From Candidatus Latescibacterota bacterium (GTDB lineage: Bacteria > Latescibacterota > UBA2968 > GCA-2709665), in the NCBI GenBank assembly GCA_965237675.1, contig OZ250150.1, positions 1,792,001-1,856,000 of the forward strand: 64,000 bases of DNA, read 5' to 3'. A program made the position numbers and the translations under genes. This document shows positions 47,490 to 56,220 of this stretch, in pieces; position 1 is the first letter of the stretch; each line of letters begins with the position of its first letter. The notes under the pieces are model-generated. The model did no database searches. It was not told the origin of the DNA and saw nothing but the letters and a program-made list of their open reading frames with translations.

Positions 47490-50239
47490 TGCGTTCGGGT
47501 TGGCAATCGGGATGGTCGAGGGGCTGCGCCCTCGCCGCTGCATTGGTGGTTTCATGGGGATCGAGTTCTGAGGGTGAACGTGTGAATATTCGGGATTTGC
47601 TGCGAGACCGGGGGATCAGCGAGGCGCTGTTGAAGGCCGAACGCGCGCATCCCTACCTTTTCTTTTCGGCCGAAGACGTGCCCCGTTTGCGCAAGATGGC
47701 CAGGCGGGAACCGTATCGGACGTGCGCGGAGGGGATCGTCCGGGCGGCCCGGCTGACGCTGGAAAACTCGATCCCGGCGGAACCCCCGGCCGGGGCGGCC
47801 GAGAGCCGGCTGCCCGACGGCAGCTACGACGAGTCGTTTCTGAAGGCGACCTACGATTTTCTGTCTTACGCGTACGCGATGCAATACTATGGTCCGCTGT
47901 ATGCGTTTGCCTACCTGCTGACGGAGGAGGAGGTTTTTGCAGAGCGGGCAAAAGCGTGGGCGTTGGCGTTTGCGGGCTGGGAGAACTGGGGGCCGGCGGC
48001 CGATCCATGGGATATGGAGGCGGCCATGATCCTGTCGGGGGCGGTGATTGTCTACGATTGGATTCCGGAACGATTCTCCGATGCGGAGCGGGAGCGGCTG
48101 TTTTCCGGACTGCGCGGGAAGGGACGGAAGCTGTGCGAGAAGGACGCGTACTGGCTGACACAGGACCCGGCGTCGCGTCGCGGGGCGCTGGCGAATAACC
48201 ATCGGTGGCGGAGCATACCGCTGGAGGGTCTGGCCGGGCTGGGGCTGCTCTACGAGGTCGAAGAGGCGCGGGACTGGCTGGATATGGGCCTGGTGCTCAC
48301 GCGGGAATACCTGCTGCCGGCGGCCTACGGGCGGGACGGAGAGCGGATGGAGGGACGGGGATGGTTGGGGGTCTGCCTGAGCGACGGCGGGCGGTTTATG
48401 GAGGCGCTGGCCCTAAACGGAGGGCCGGATCTGTTCGATACGGCGCCGCTGCGCCGGCTATCGCACTTTCTGATTTTCGGCATGGAAATGTACCGGTCAC
48501 GCGGGCACTACAGCGAGCGGGCGGGTCTGCTTGTGCACGCCAGGAGGCTCCGGGACCCGGCGCTTCAATGGCTGGCTCTGAAGCACGATCTGGACCCCGA
48601 TATGGCGGGATATCCGGCGTACTGGTACAACCGGGATAAGGTGCCTTATAAGCCGGAGACCCTTTACACGGTTTCCCTCCGGTGGGATGCGGAGGCCGGC
48701 AGGCTGGAGATCCGGGTGAACGGTGTCCTGCGGGATCGGCAGGGGATTGACGGCGTGGAGGGGATCGACCGGGTTTCGTTCCGGGTTGAGGGCGATCGGG
48801 TTGAGATCGCCTCTTTGGAGGTCCTGGACGGAGCCGGTGACGTCGTGGACCGCCTGGACGGACCGGTGGCGCTGGCGGGTGCGGGAGGGGAGGCGGCCCT
48901 GAGGTTTGACCGCCTGCGCGCCGGCGAGGTACGGGCGTCCCTGCAGAAGGACCGATCGGACGCCGGCCGGGCCTCGATGATGCTGATGTCCGGAGGGCGG
49001 CACGTGCGGGGCATTGTGTTTACTGGTGAGCACGAGATTGCCAAGGTGGTTGAGGGGATGGACGGAACGTATACGTTGGGCGTTGTCGCGGCGAAGGGGC
49101 TTTATTTCCACGGGCCCTGGGAGTTCCTGTTCCACGACGAGACGCTGGCGTCGGAGGCCCCGAAGAGGGATGTGACGGGGTTCCACTTCCGGGATCTGGG
49201 CCTGGTGAAGTTACACGATACGCTCCGCCCGGAGGGTGTGCACGTCACGTTCACGTCCGGGCCGGAAGTGAGCAAGGAGCAGGGGGATAAGAATGCGTTT
49301 ACGCTCAGGGCGTTCGGGGAGGGGTTGTTGACGCCTTTGCGGACGCCGAAGACGGGAGAGGCGGTGCTGACCCAGGCGCAGTACGATCTGACGGCCTGGT
49401 ACGAGGGCACGCCGGGGCGTAACACCATCCTGGTGGATGGACGGGGACAGCCGACGGTGCACGAGGAAAGCCCGGTTCCGCGTGAGTACGACCAGCAATG
49501 GCTGGGGGGAAAGGAGGTGGCGAAGAGCGGCCGGATCGAGGAAACCTTTTTTTCCCCGGACTACGATTACGTACGAGGGGAGGCGGCGCGGGCGTACCGG
49601 CCCATGCTGGAGACCTACCGGCGCCATCTGATGTTTTTGAAGCCGCTCGGCGATCCGGACCTTCGCTACCTGGTGCTGTTCGATGAGATCGAGACCGCCG
49701 GCGGGGCGCCCCGAAAGGTCGAGTGGCGACTGCTGAGCCCGTGCGGTAAGGTGACAGGCGCAGGCGGCGCTTTCCGGATCGAGGGGCGCTCGGCCGATGT
49801 GCACGTAACGCACCTCTGGCCGGAGGCGTCGACGGCGAGGATCGATTCCACGCCCGCGCCCCGGGAGTCGGACCGGCTGCCCTATCTGCGGTTTCCGGCG
49901 CCGGGGCCGGTGCAACGGGTACACTACCTCCACCTTCTTCAGCCAATGCGGGCGGATTCGGGTGAGCCGGTCTCGGCGGAGCGGGTAATGGGGCGAGGCG
50001 GGATCGGCATTCGAGTGAGCAGCCCGGAGGAGACCGCGCTGGCGGTCTTCAGGACAGGGGACGGATCGGTTGCCGTGGGTGGGCTGACCACGGACGCCGA
50101 CGCCTGTTTGGTTCGGAGGGGGAAGGACGGCGCGGGGTCGGTTGTTTTACACGGCGGGACGTTTGTCGAGTGGGAGGGGAGACGTCTCTTCACGTCGGAC
50201 GAGGCGGTGAGCGTCCGGGTTAAGCTGCCGGTGGAATAA
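47486..50239 (+). CDS. Probably secreted DUF4962/heparinase II/III-like oligosaccharide lyase-fold protein
   Basis: Signal-like N-terminus, HPYLFF, AFAYLLT, YDW, NNH, NTILVDG.GQ, YRRH.MF. Confidence 0.75.
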   Translation: MMRSGWQSGWSRGCALAAALVVSWGSSSEGERVNIRDLLRDRGISEALLKAERAHPYLFFSAEDVPRLRKMARREPYRTCAEGIVRAARLTLENSIPAEPPAGAAESRLPDGSYDESFLKATYDFLSYAYAMQYYGPLYAFAYLLTEEEVFAERAKAWALAFAGWENWGPAADPWDMEAAMILSGAVIVYDWIPERFSDAERERLFSGLRGKGRKLCEKDAYWLTQDPASRRGALANNHRWRSIPLEGLAGLGLLYEVEEARDWLDMGLVLTREYLLPAAYGRDGERMEGRGWLGVCLSDGGRFMEALALNGGPDLFDTAPLRRLSHFLIFGMEMYRSRGHYSERAGLLVHARRLRDPALQWLALKHDLDPDMAGYPAYWYNRDKVPYKPETLYTVSLRWDAEAGRLEIRVNGVLRDRQGIDGVEGIDRVSFRVEGDRVEIASLEVLDGAGDVVDRLDGPVALAGAGGEAALRFDRLRAGEVRASLQKDRSDAGRASMMLMSGGRHVRGIVFTGEHEIAKVVEGMDGTYTLGVVAAKGLYFHGPWEFLFHDETLASEAPKRDVTGFHFRDLGLVKLHDTLRPEGVHVTFTSGPEVSKEQGDKNAFTLRAFGEGLLTPLRTPKTGEAVLTQAQYDLTAWYEGTPGRNTILVDGRGQPTVHEESPVPREYDQQWLGGKEVAKSGRIEETFFSPDYDYVRGEAARAYRPMLETYRRHLMFLKPLGDPDLRYLVLFDEIETAGGAPRKVEWRLLSPCGKVTGAGGAFRIEGRSADVHVTHLWPEASTARIDSTPAPRESDRLPYLRFPAPGPVQRVHYLHLLQPMRADSGEPVSAERVMGRGGIGIRVSSPEETALAVFRTGDGSVAVGGLTTDADACLVRRGKDGAGSVVLHGGTFVEWEGRRLFTSDEAVSVRVKLPVE

Positions 50240-50303
50240 GCGATGGACAGGACAGGGCTTTTGAACGGGATCGGGACCTGAGCGGTCCCGGAAGGAACGC
50301 GCG

Positions 50304-53300
50304 ATGGCTGAGGAACGGATTGAGACGCTGAAGGAGTTGTACCTGACCACCGACCTTGGGGAAGGGGCGGAGATCGTGGCGCCGGCGGACCCGGGATGGG
50401 CGCCGTTTTGCCGGCGGCTGCAGGAGATGATTCGGGTGCATGCGGGTGTGGATCTGCCGGTAGTGGACCCGGCGGGCCTGTCGCCCCTCCCCGAGGGCCG
50501 GCACCGCGTGCTGCTGGGCAATGCGATGGTCAACGAATCGCTCATGGCGCTGTACCGGCGGCAATATGTGTTTGTGGACGAGTATTATCCCGGAGGGGAC
50601 GGGTATGTGATTCGGACGGTGCACAACCCTGAGAATTTCGGCCACAACGTGCTTCTGGTCGGCGCGAGTCGGGTGGAGGGCGCGGCTGCAGCGCTGGAGG
50701 TGCTGGAGGGGGTCCTGGAGAGGACCGGGGGGCGTCTGGAGTATACGAACCTGTCACGGTCGGAGGTTCACGAAACGCTGCTGCCGGAGATGACGCCGGA
50801 AGCCTTCCGGGAGTGGGTGGCGGAGATGTATCGGGACAACCTCAGCTACTACCCGGTCGAGCAGGGGACTTTCCTGGGGCTGGTCCACCACCTGACGCAC
50901 GATCCCGGCTGCGCGCGAATGTTCCGGGACGCCCTCTTTTACTACGAGGACCTGGTGCGTAACCGCTACGGCGGGGACTGGCTGTTTGAGCATATGCTGT
51001 TCATCTATTCCTGGGCATGGCGGCTGATCACGGTCTGGGACCTGATCGAGGAGAGCGATGCGTTTACGGATGCGGAGCGCCTCCGGATCACAAACGTGCT
51101 GTGGGGATTGTCGAATTACGTGGCGGGCACCCACTACTTCAAGAAGGAGACACCCCCGCCGCTGGAAATCCGTCAGAACCACTGGACGTTCGCGGGGTTG
51201 AGCGGGTCGTTTTGCGCACGGTATTTTGAGGCGTATTACGGGATCACGGGCTTTGAAAAGCAGATCCGGTTCTCCCAGGCGGTTTTCGACGGGCAGGCGG
51301 AGAGCTACAAGCCGAACGACGATGCAGGGGGCGGATGGTGGGGCTACTGCTGGCTGGCGCCGTACCACCAGGTGATTTACGATTTGAAGCGGGACGACTT
51401 CCGCTTCCTGGAGAGCGGCCAACTCCGGACCTTTGCGGATTACGGCATTATGGTGACGGACAATCTCGGCGTCCAGGTGAGTTTCGGGGATGCGTGGTCG
51501 TACATCGAGCCCGGCCGGTATGCGGTGGCGCTTAAGAACAAACGAACCTCGCTGGAGTTGGCGATGGCCCTCTGTACGGCGGCCTGGTACTATGAGGACG
51601 GGAGTTATCTGTGGGCGCTGGACTGGATGGGTGGCGCACCGTATCCGGGCTGCTATTACCGGGCGCTTCCAAAGCGGGCGCCCGACCGGTTGGCGGGGAT
51701 CGCGATCGCGCCGTTCAACCGGTCGCTCTACGAATGGGTGCAGCGGCACGCGCGGGGCGGAGCGAACGTGCCGCTCGAAGAAGCGTTCGACAAGCTGGTT
51801 CTGCGCGGAGGGTTCGACAGGGAGGACGAATATCTCCTGCTGGACGGGACCTCCACGTTCGCTCACGGGCACGAGGACGGCAACTCGATCGAGCGTCTGA
51901 CGTGGAAGGGGCGGATGTGGCTGGCGGAGTTGGATTACATCTGGAAACGGCCGCGGCACCACTGTTCGGTTGTTTCGATCTGCGGCGGAGAAACTGTGGA
52001 GTCGCCGCCGCTGGTGGCGTTGAAGTGGGCGGAGGAATTCGGACGGACCGCTCTCACACGAACAGTGATGCCGGATTATAACGGTGTGGACTGGACTCGA
52101 GATATTTTCTGGGCGAAGGGCGGGTTCTTTCTGGTTGCGGACTCGCTCAGGCTTCTGAAGGATGCGGATTACGATCTAAAGTGCCTCTGGCGGACGCTCG
52201 GCGAGGTACGGCAGCACGGGAGTGAGCTGACCGTGGAACAGAAGGGAGTGTACTTCCGGATTCAGAATGCGGATGATTCAGACAAGTCGCTCGTGACGGA
52301 AGAGGCCCGTGTTGCGGGAACCGACCCCTACGAAGCCTATGCGCATGTAGACGGTCCGATCCGGATCTTCAGCCAGCACAAGGCGCTGCATGGTCTGCCC
52401 GGAGACGTGGAGCGGTATTTCAACCTGATGGTGGCGGGGTCACGGGCGGAGATCGATGCGTGGCGAATCGAGCGGATCGGCGAGGGCGTGGTGAAGGTGG
52501 AGCACCCAGATGGCCCGACCGTCTTCGGTGTCACGGACGGTGAGGCGCGGATGGGCGGGTTCCGGATTGCCGCGGAGGCTTTCGCGTTGACCGAGGCGTC
52601 CATCGTTCTGCTCAACGGGACCGGGCTGTGGACGGATGGCGTGATGTTCGAGACCGAGGCGCCGGTGCATACGGTGCTGTATCCGGGCGAGGGGCGGGGG
52701 GAGGTTCGTGTAAACGAGGAGACCTCTGTTCGGACGGAGGGCGTATGTTTTGGCGGGGAGGAAGACCCTGTACCGGAAAGTCTTTCGGCTGGAACGCACC
52801 CATTTACCCTGGAAACCGGATTTTCAGATGTTCTGAGCGAGGCGCTTCGGGACGGCACATCCTACGCGCATCGTAGAGCGCCGCGAGTTCATGGATTTGC
52901 GCCGAAGGATACAACGCCGCTCAGGCGACTCTGGGAGGCGCAGGTCGAGGGCCCGGTCCGATGCGCCGACGTGAGGGGCGAATCGGCCGCAGTCGGTACG
53001 GCCGGCGGTCAGGTATTGCTGCTGGATCGGGACGGGCAGATCCAGTGGAAGCGTGAGACCGGCGCGGAAGTGCGCGCCGTGCACCTTGCGGATCTCAAGG
53101 AGGGACGGCTTCTGGCCGGAGGACGGGACTGTGCGCTGACGCTGTTCGATGCTGACGGAGGGGTTTGCTGGAAGCGGGCGTTTTCGGAGTCTCACGGGGT
53201 CAATCAGAATGTGAATGCGGTGACGACGGCGGATCTGACCGGAGACGGAAAGAAGGTGATCCTGACGGCTACGGATGGGTGGCTGGTGTGGGCGCTGACA

Positions 53301-53978
53301 CCGGATGGAGACGAGGTCTGGCAGCGGCAGATTGAACACCACGCCGCGCGGACGCTGGTGATTGGAGACGTGGAGGGAGACGGAAAGCAGGAGATCCTGG
53401 TCGGCGCTGAATACTATACCTCGAACCTGCTGGAGGCCGATGGGAGGATCCGGTGGACGGTTCAGGGGGGTCCCTGTTTTTCGGCGCTGGCGCTGGCGGA
53501 TCTGAATGGTGACGGGGTGAAGGAATCGGTTTACGGGACCATGGACGGAAATGTTTACGCGGTGGATTCGATTTCCGGAGAGATCCTCTGGACGGCCAAC
53601 CTGGGGGACGACGTCCGGCACGGCGTTGTGGTTGGCGGGAACGGATTCGCGGCGGGGAGCGAGAGCGGGCACGTGGCGCTGTTGAGCGGCAGCGGAGAAA
53701 AACGCTGGCGCCGGGATCTCGACGGAGGGGTGACCGGCCTGGTCCTTTTTAAGACTGGAGACGAGGAGATGATCGTCGCGGGAACTTCGGAAGGATGGAT
53801 CGTGTTCCTGTCCCTCGCGGGGGAGGTTATCGGCAGCCACCGCATGGAAGCGGGCGTGACCGTGTTGACCCCCCTGGCGCTGCACGGGGTGTCCGGTCTG
53901 CTGGTGGGGACGGAAGGCGGCAAGGTGAGCGCTGTCAGTCCCGGTCCGGCGCCTTTCGGTTTGCGCAACAATCCGTGA
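50304..53978 (+). CDS. Heparinase II/III-like + beta-propeller family, paralogue 6
   Basis: Colinear with paralogue 5 plus a longer inter-domain segment; RQNH, HGHEDGNS. Confidence 0.7.
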   Translation: MAEERIETLKELYLTTDLGEGAEIVAPADPGWAPFCRRLQEMIRVHAGVDLPVVDPAGLSPLPEGRHRVLLGNAMVNESLMALYRRQYVFVDEYYPGGDGYVIRTVHNPENFGHNVLLVGASRVEGAAAALEVLEGVLERTGGRLEYTNLSRSEVHETLLPEMTPEAFREWVAEMYRDNLSYYPVEQGTFLGLVHHLTHDPGCARMFRDALFYYEDLVRNRYGGDWLFEHMLFIYSWAWRLITVWDLIEESDAFTDAERLRITNVLWGLSNYVAGTHYFKKETPPPLEIRQNHWTFAGLSGSFCARYFEAYYGITGFEKQIRFSQAVFDGQAESYKPNDDAGGGWWGYCWLAPYHQVIYDLKRDDFRFLESGQLRTFADYGIMVTDNLGVQVSFGDAWSYIEPGRYAVALKNKRTSLELAMALCTAAWYYEDGSYLWALDWMGGAPYPGCYYRALPKRAPDRLAGIAIAPFNRSLYEWVQRHARGGANVPLEEAFDKLVLRGGFDREDEYLLLDGTSTFAHGHEDGNSIERLTWKGRMWLAELDYIWKRPRHHCSVVSICGGETVESPPLVALKWAEEFGRTALTRTVMPDYNGVDWTRDIFWAKGGFFLVADSLRLLKDADYDLKCLWRTLGEVRQHGSELTVEQKGVYFRIQNADDSDKSLVTEEARVAGTDPYEAYAHVDGPIRIFSQHKALHGLPGDVERYFNLMVAGSRAEIDAWRIERIGEGVVKVEHPDGPTVFGVTDGEARMGGFRIAAEAFALTEASIVLLNGTGLWTDGVMFETEAPVHTVLYPGEGRGEVRVNEETSVRTEGVCFGGEEDPVPESLSAGTHPFTLETGFSDVLSEALRDGTSYAHRRAPRVHGFAPKDTTPLRRLWEAQVEGPVRCADVRGESAAVGTAGGQVLLLDRDGQIQWKRETGAEVRAVHLADLKEGRLLAGGRDCALTLFDADGGVCWKRAFSESHGVNQNVNAVTTADLTGDGKKVILTATDGWLVWALTPDGDEVWQRQIEHHAARTLVIGDVEGDGKQEILVGAEYYTSNLLEADGRIRWTVQGGPCFSALALADLNGDGVKESVYGTMDGNVYAVDSISGEILWTANLGDDVRHGVVVGGNGFAAGSESGHVALLSGSGEKRWRRDLDGGVTGLVLFKTGDEEMIVAGTSEGWIVFLSLAGEVIGSHRMEAGVTVLTPLALHGVSGLLVGTEGGKVSAVSPGPAPFGLRNNP

Positions 53979-54072
53979 TCGTATAAATTGAGGGGCCACT
54001 CGTGCCGCCGGTCCGCTGCCCGTTCCACGAGGTATCGCACTATCTAAAAACCCGATTTCGGAGAATTATCCC

Positions 54073-55014
54073 ATGAAATTCGCACTCGTCCTGAATCCCC
54101 TAGACGAAGAACGGATGGCCCTCGCCCGCCAGATCGGCGTGACAGACTTGGTGACGACACTGCCCAACGGCGGTCCGATCTGGGATTTCGACGCCATCGT
54201 ACATCACAAGGAACGCATCGCCGACGCGGGTCTAACGTGGTCCGTAGTGGAGTCCTTACCTATCTCAGACCGTATCACGCTGGGTCTCGAAGGCCGGAAC
54301 GAGGACATCGACGCGTACTGCCAGACCATCCGCAACCTGGGCGCAGCCGGTATCGGGATCATGTGCTGGAACTGGATGGCCGTGTTCAACTGGATGCGCA
54401 CTTCCTACACCACGCGCGGCCGGGGGAATGCATTTGTAAGCAGCTACGATCACACGCTGATGAAGGACGCGCCCCTTACGGAATACGGGGAAGTGAGCGA
54501 AGCGCTGCTCTGGGAAACCCTGGAGTACTTTCTCGAAAGGGTCATTCCCGTGGCCGAGGAGGCCGGCGTCAAACAGGCGCTGCACCCGGACGATCCGCCC
54601 CTGTCGCCCGTGCGGGGAATCAGCCGAATCATCACCAGCGTAGACGCGTTCCAGCGTGTGGTCGACATGGTTCCCAGCGACGATAACGGGATTACCTTCT
54701 GCCAGGGCAACTTCGCCGCGATGGGCGCGGACGTGCCGGCCGCCATCCGCCGGTTTGCGGACAAGATCCATTTTTCCCACTTCCGCGACGTGAGAGGCGT
54801 GGTGCCCCGTTTCGAGGAGACCTTTCACGACGAGGGCGATACCGACATGGCCGAGTGCATCCGGGCGTACAAAGACATCGGTTTCACCGGGCCCATTCGT
54901 CCCGACCACGTACCGGTTCTGTCCGGCGAAGCAAACGACCCGCCCGGCTACACCCTGATGGGCAGGCTCTACGCCGTCGGCTATATGAAAGGGCTGTTGG
55001 ACGGAACGGCCTGA
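54073..55014 (+). CDS. uxuA: Mannonate dehydratase
   Basis: WSVVES, C.NWM...W.RT, YFL..VIPVAEEAGV..ALHPDDPP, HFRDV, IRPDHVP, GRLYAVGYMKGL. Confidence 0.9.
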   Translation: MKFALVLNPLDEERMALARQIGVTDLVTTLPNGGPIWDFDAIVHHKERIADAGLTWSVVESLPISDRITLGLEGRNEDIDAYCQTIRNLGAAGIGIMCWNWMAVFNWMRTSYTTRGRGNAFVSSYDHTLMKDAPLTEYGEVSEALLWETLEYFLERVIPVAEEAGVKQALHPDDPPLSPVRGISRIITSVDAFQRVVDMVPSDDNGITFCQGNFAAMGADVPAAIRRFADKIHFSHFRDVRGVVPRFEETFHDEGDTDMAECIRAYKDIGFTGPIRPDHVPVLSGEANDPPGYTLMGRLYAVGYMKGLLDGTA

Positions 55015-55105
55015 GGCCCGTTCCAGCATCCCCGTGGAGTCGCCGGAGAGGGCGAGTCCTTCATTTCGAAGTCAGACGGACACCCGGCCGGAGGATCGGA
55101 TTTCC

Positions 55106-56107
55106 ATGCGCGACATCAGAATCGGCGCCGCCCAGTTCGAAGCTCGGGACGCCGACAAGCCCTACAACCTTTCCCGGATCGACGCCCTCACGAGGAAGGC
55201 CGTCGATGAGGGCGCTGAAATCGTCTCCTTCCACGAATGCTGCATTCCCGGATACACCTTTCTGCAGACCCTCCCGCGTTCCCGCATCGCCGAACTGGCC
55301 GAATCCGTTCCGGGCGGCCCCTCCACGAAACGCCTTATCGAAATCGCCAGGAAATACAACGTTGCCGTCCTGGCCGGCCTTGTCGAAACGGAAAACGACG
55401 CCCTGTACAATACCTACGTGGCGGTGGGCCCGGATGGCTTTGTCGCGAAACATCGCAAACTGCACGCCTTCATCAGCAAATTCATCGGCTCCGGCGATGC
55501 GTTCACGGTGTTCGACCTCTGCGACTGCCGCGCCGGCATCCTGATCTGTTACGACAACAACCTGCCTGAGAACGTGCGGGTGACCGCGATGATGGGCGCG
55601 GAAATCATCTTCATGCCGCACGTCACCTGCGGACTGCCCTCCGCCATGCCCGGCCGGGGCCTCATCGACCGCGCTGTCTGGGAGAACCGTCACCGCGACC
55701 CCGTTTCCCTTCGGCAGGAGTTCAATGGACCCAAGGGCCGGGGCTGGCTACTGCGCTGGCTGCCGGCTCGCGCCTACGAAAACGGCGTTTACGCCGTGTA
55801 TACGAATCCCATCGGCGTCGATCACGATACCGTGAAAAACGGGAATGCCATGATCCTGGACCCGTTTGGTGAAATCCTGGTCGAGTCCGATGCGCTGGAC
55901 GACGACGTGGTGGTGGGGTTGCTCACGCCCGAAAAAATACCGGTCTCCTCCGGGTTCCGCTATCTGCGCGCGCGCCGCCCCGACCTCTACGGCAAACTGG
56001 TGGAACCTCTTCCACCGGATATGCAGCGGGGCACGAACCCGGGCTGGAAACTGAAAGAACCCGAAGACACCCAGGCGCCTCCCGATACCGCGCCCAAACA
56101 CGAGTAG
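55106..56107 (+). CDS. Carbon-nitrogen hydrolase (nitrilase/amidase family)
   Basis: E-K-C triad: FHEC, HRKLH, ICYD; GGAGG RBS. Confidence 0.88.
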   Translation: MRDIRIGAAQFEARDADKPYNLSRIDALTRKAVDEGAEIVSFHECCIPGYTFLQTLPRSRIAELAESVPGGPSTKRLIEIARKYNVAVLAGLVETENDALYNTYVAVGPDGFVAKHRKLHAFISKFIGSGDAFTVFDLCDCRAGILICYDNNLPENVRVTAMMGAEIIFMPHVTCGLPSAMPGRGLIDRAVWENRHRDPVSLRQEFNGPKGRGWLLRWLPARAYENGVYAVYTNPIGVDHDTVKNGNAMILDPFGEILVESDALDDDVVVGLLTPEKIPVSSGFRYLRARRPDLYGKLVEPLPPDMQRGTNPGWKLKEPEDTQAPPDTAPKHE

Positions 56108-56220
56108 GGCCCGATTGACGGCCGGCGCGCCTGCCTCGCGTGGCGGCCCGATGCGCCGGACCGCCGGAATAGACGCTTCGTCTCCACGCGGCGTATTCTG
56201 AGTTCCACGGAAAGTGAAAG

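Noticed and set aside
44093-47627. DGR template/variable repeat pair
   Set aside because: Differences are mostly synonymous third-position changes, not adenine-specific, and no reverse transcriptase is in the window.
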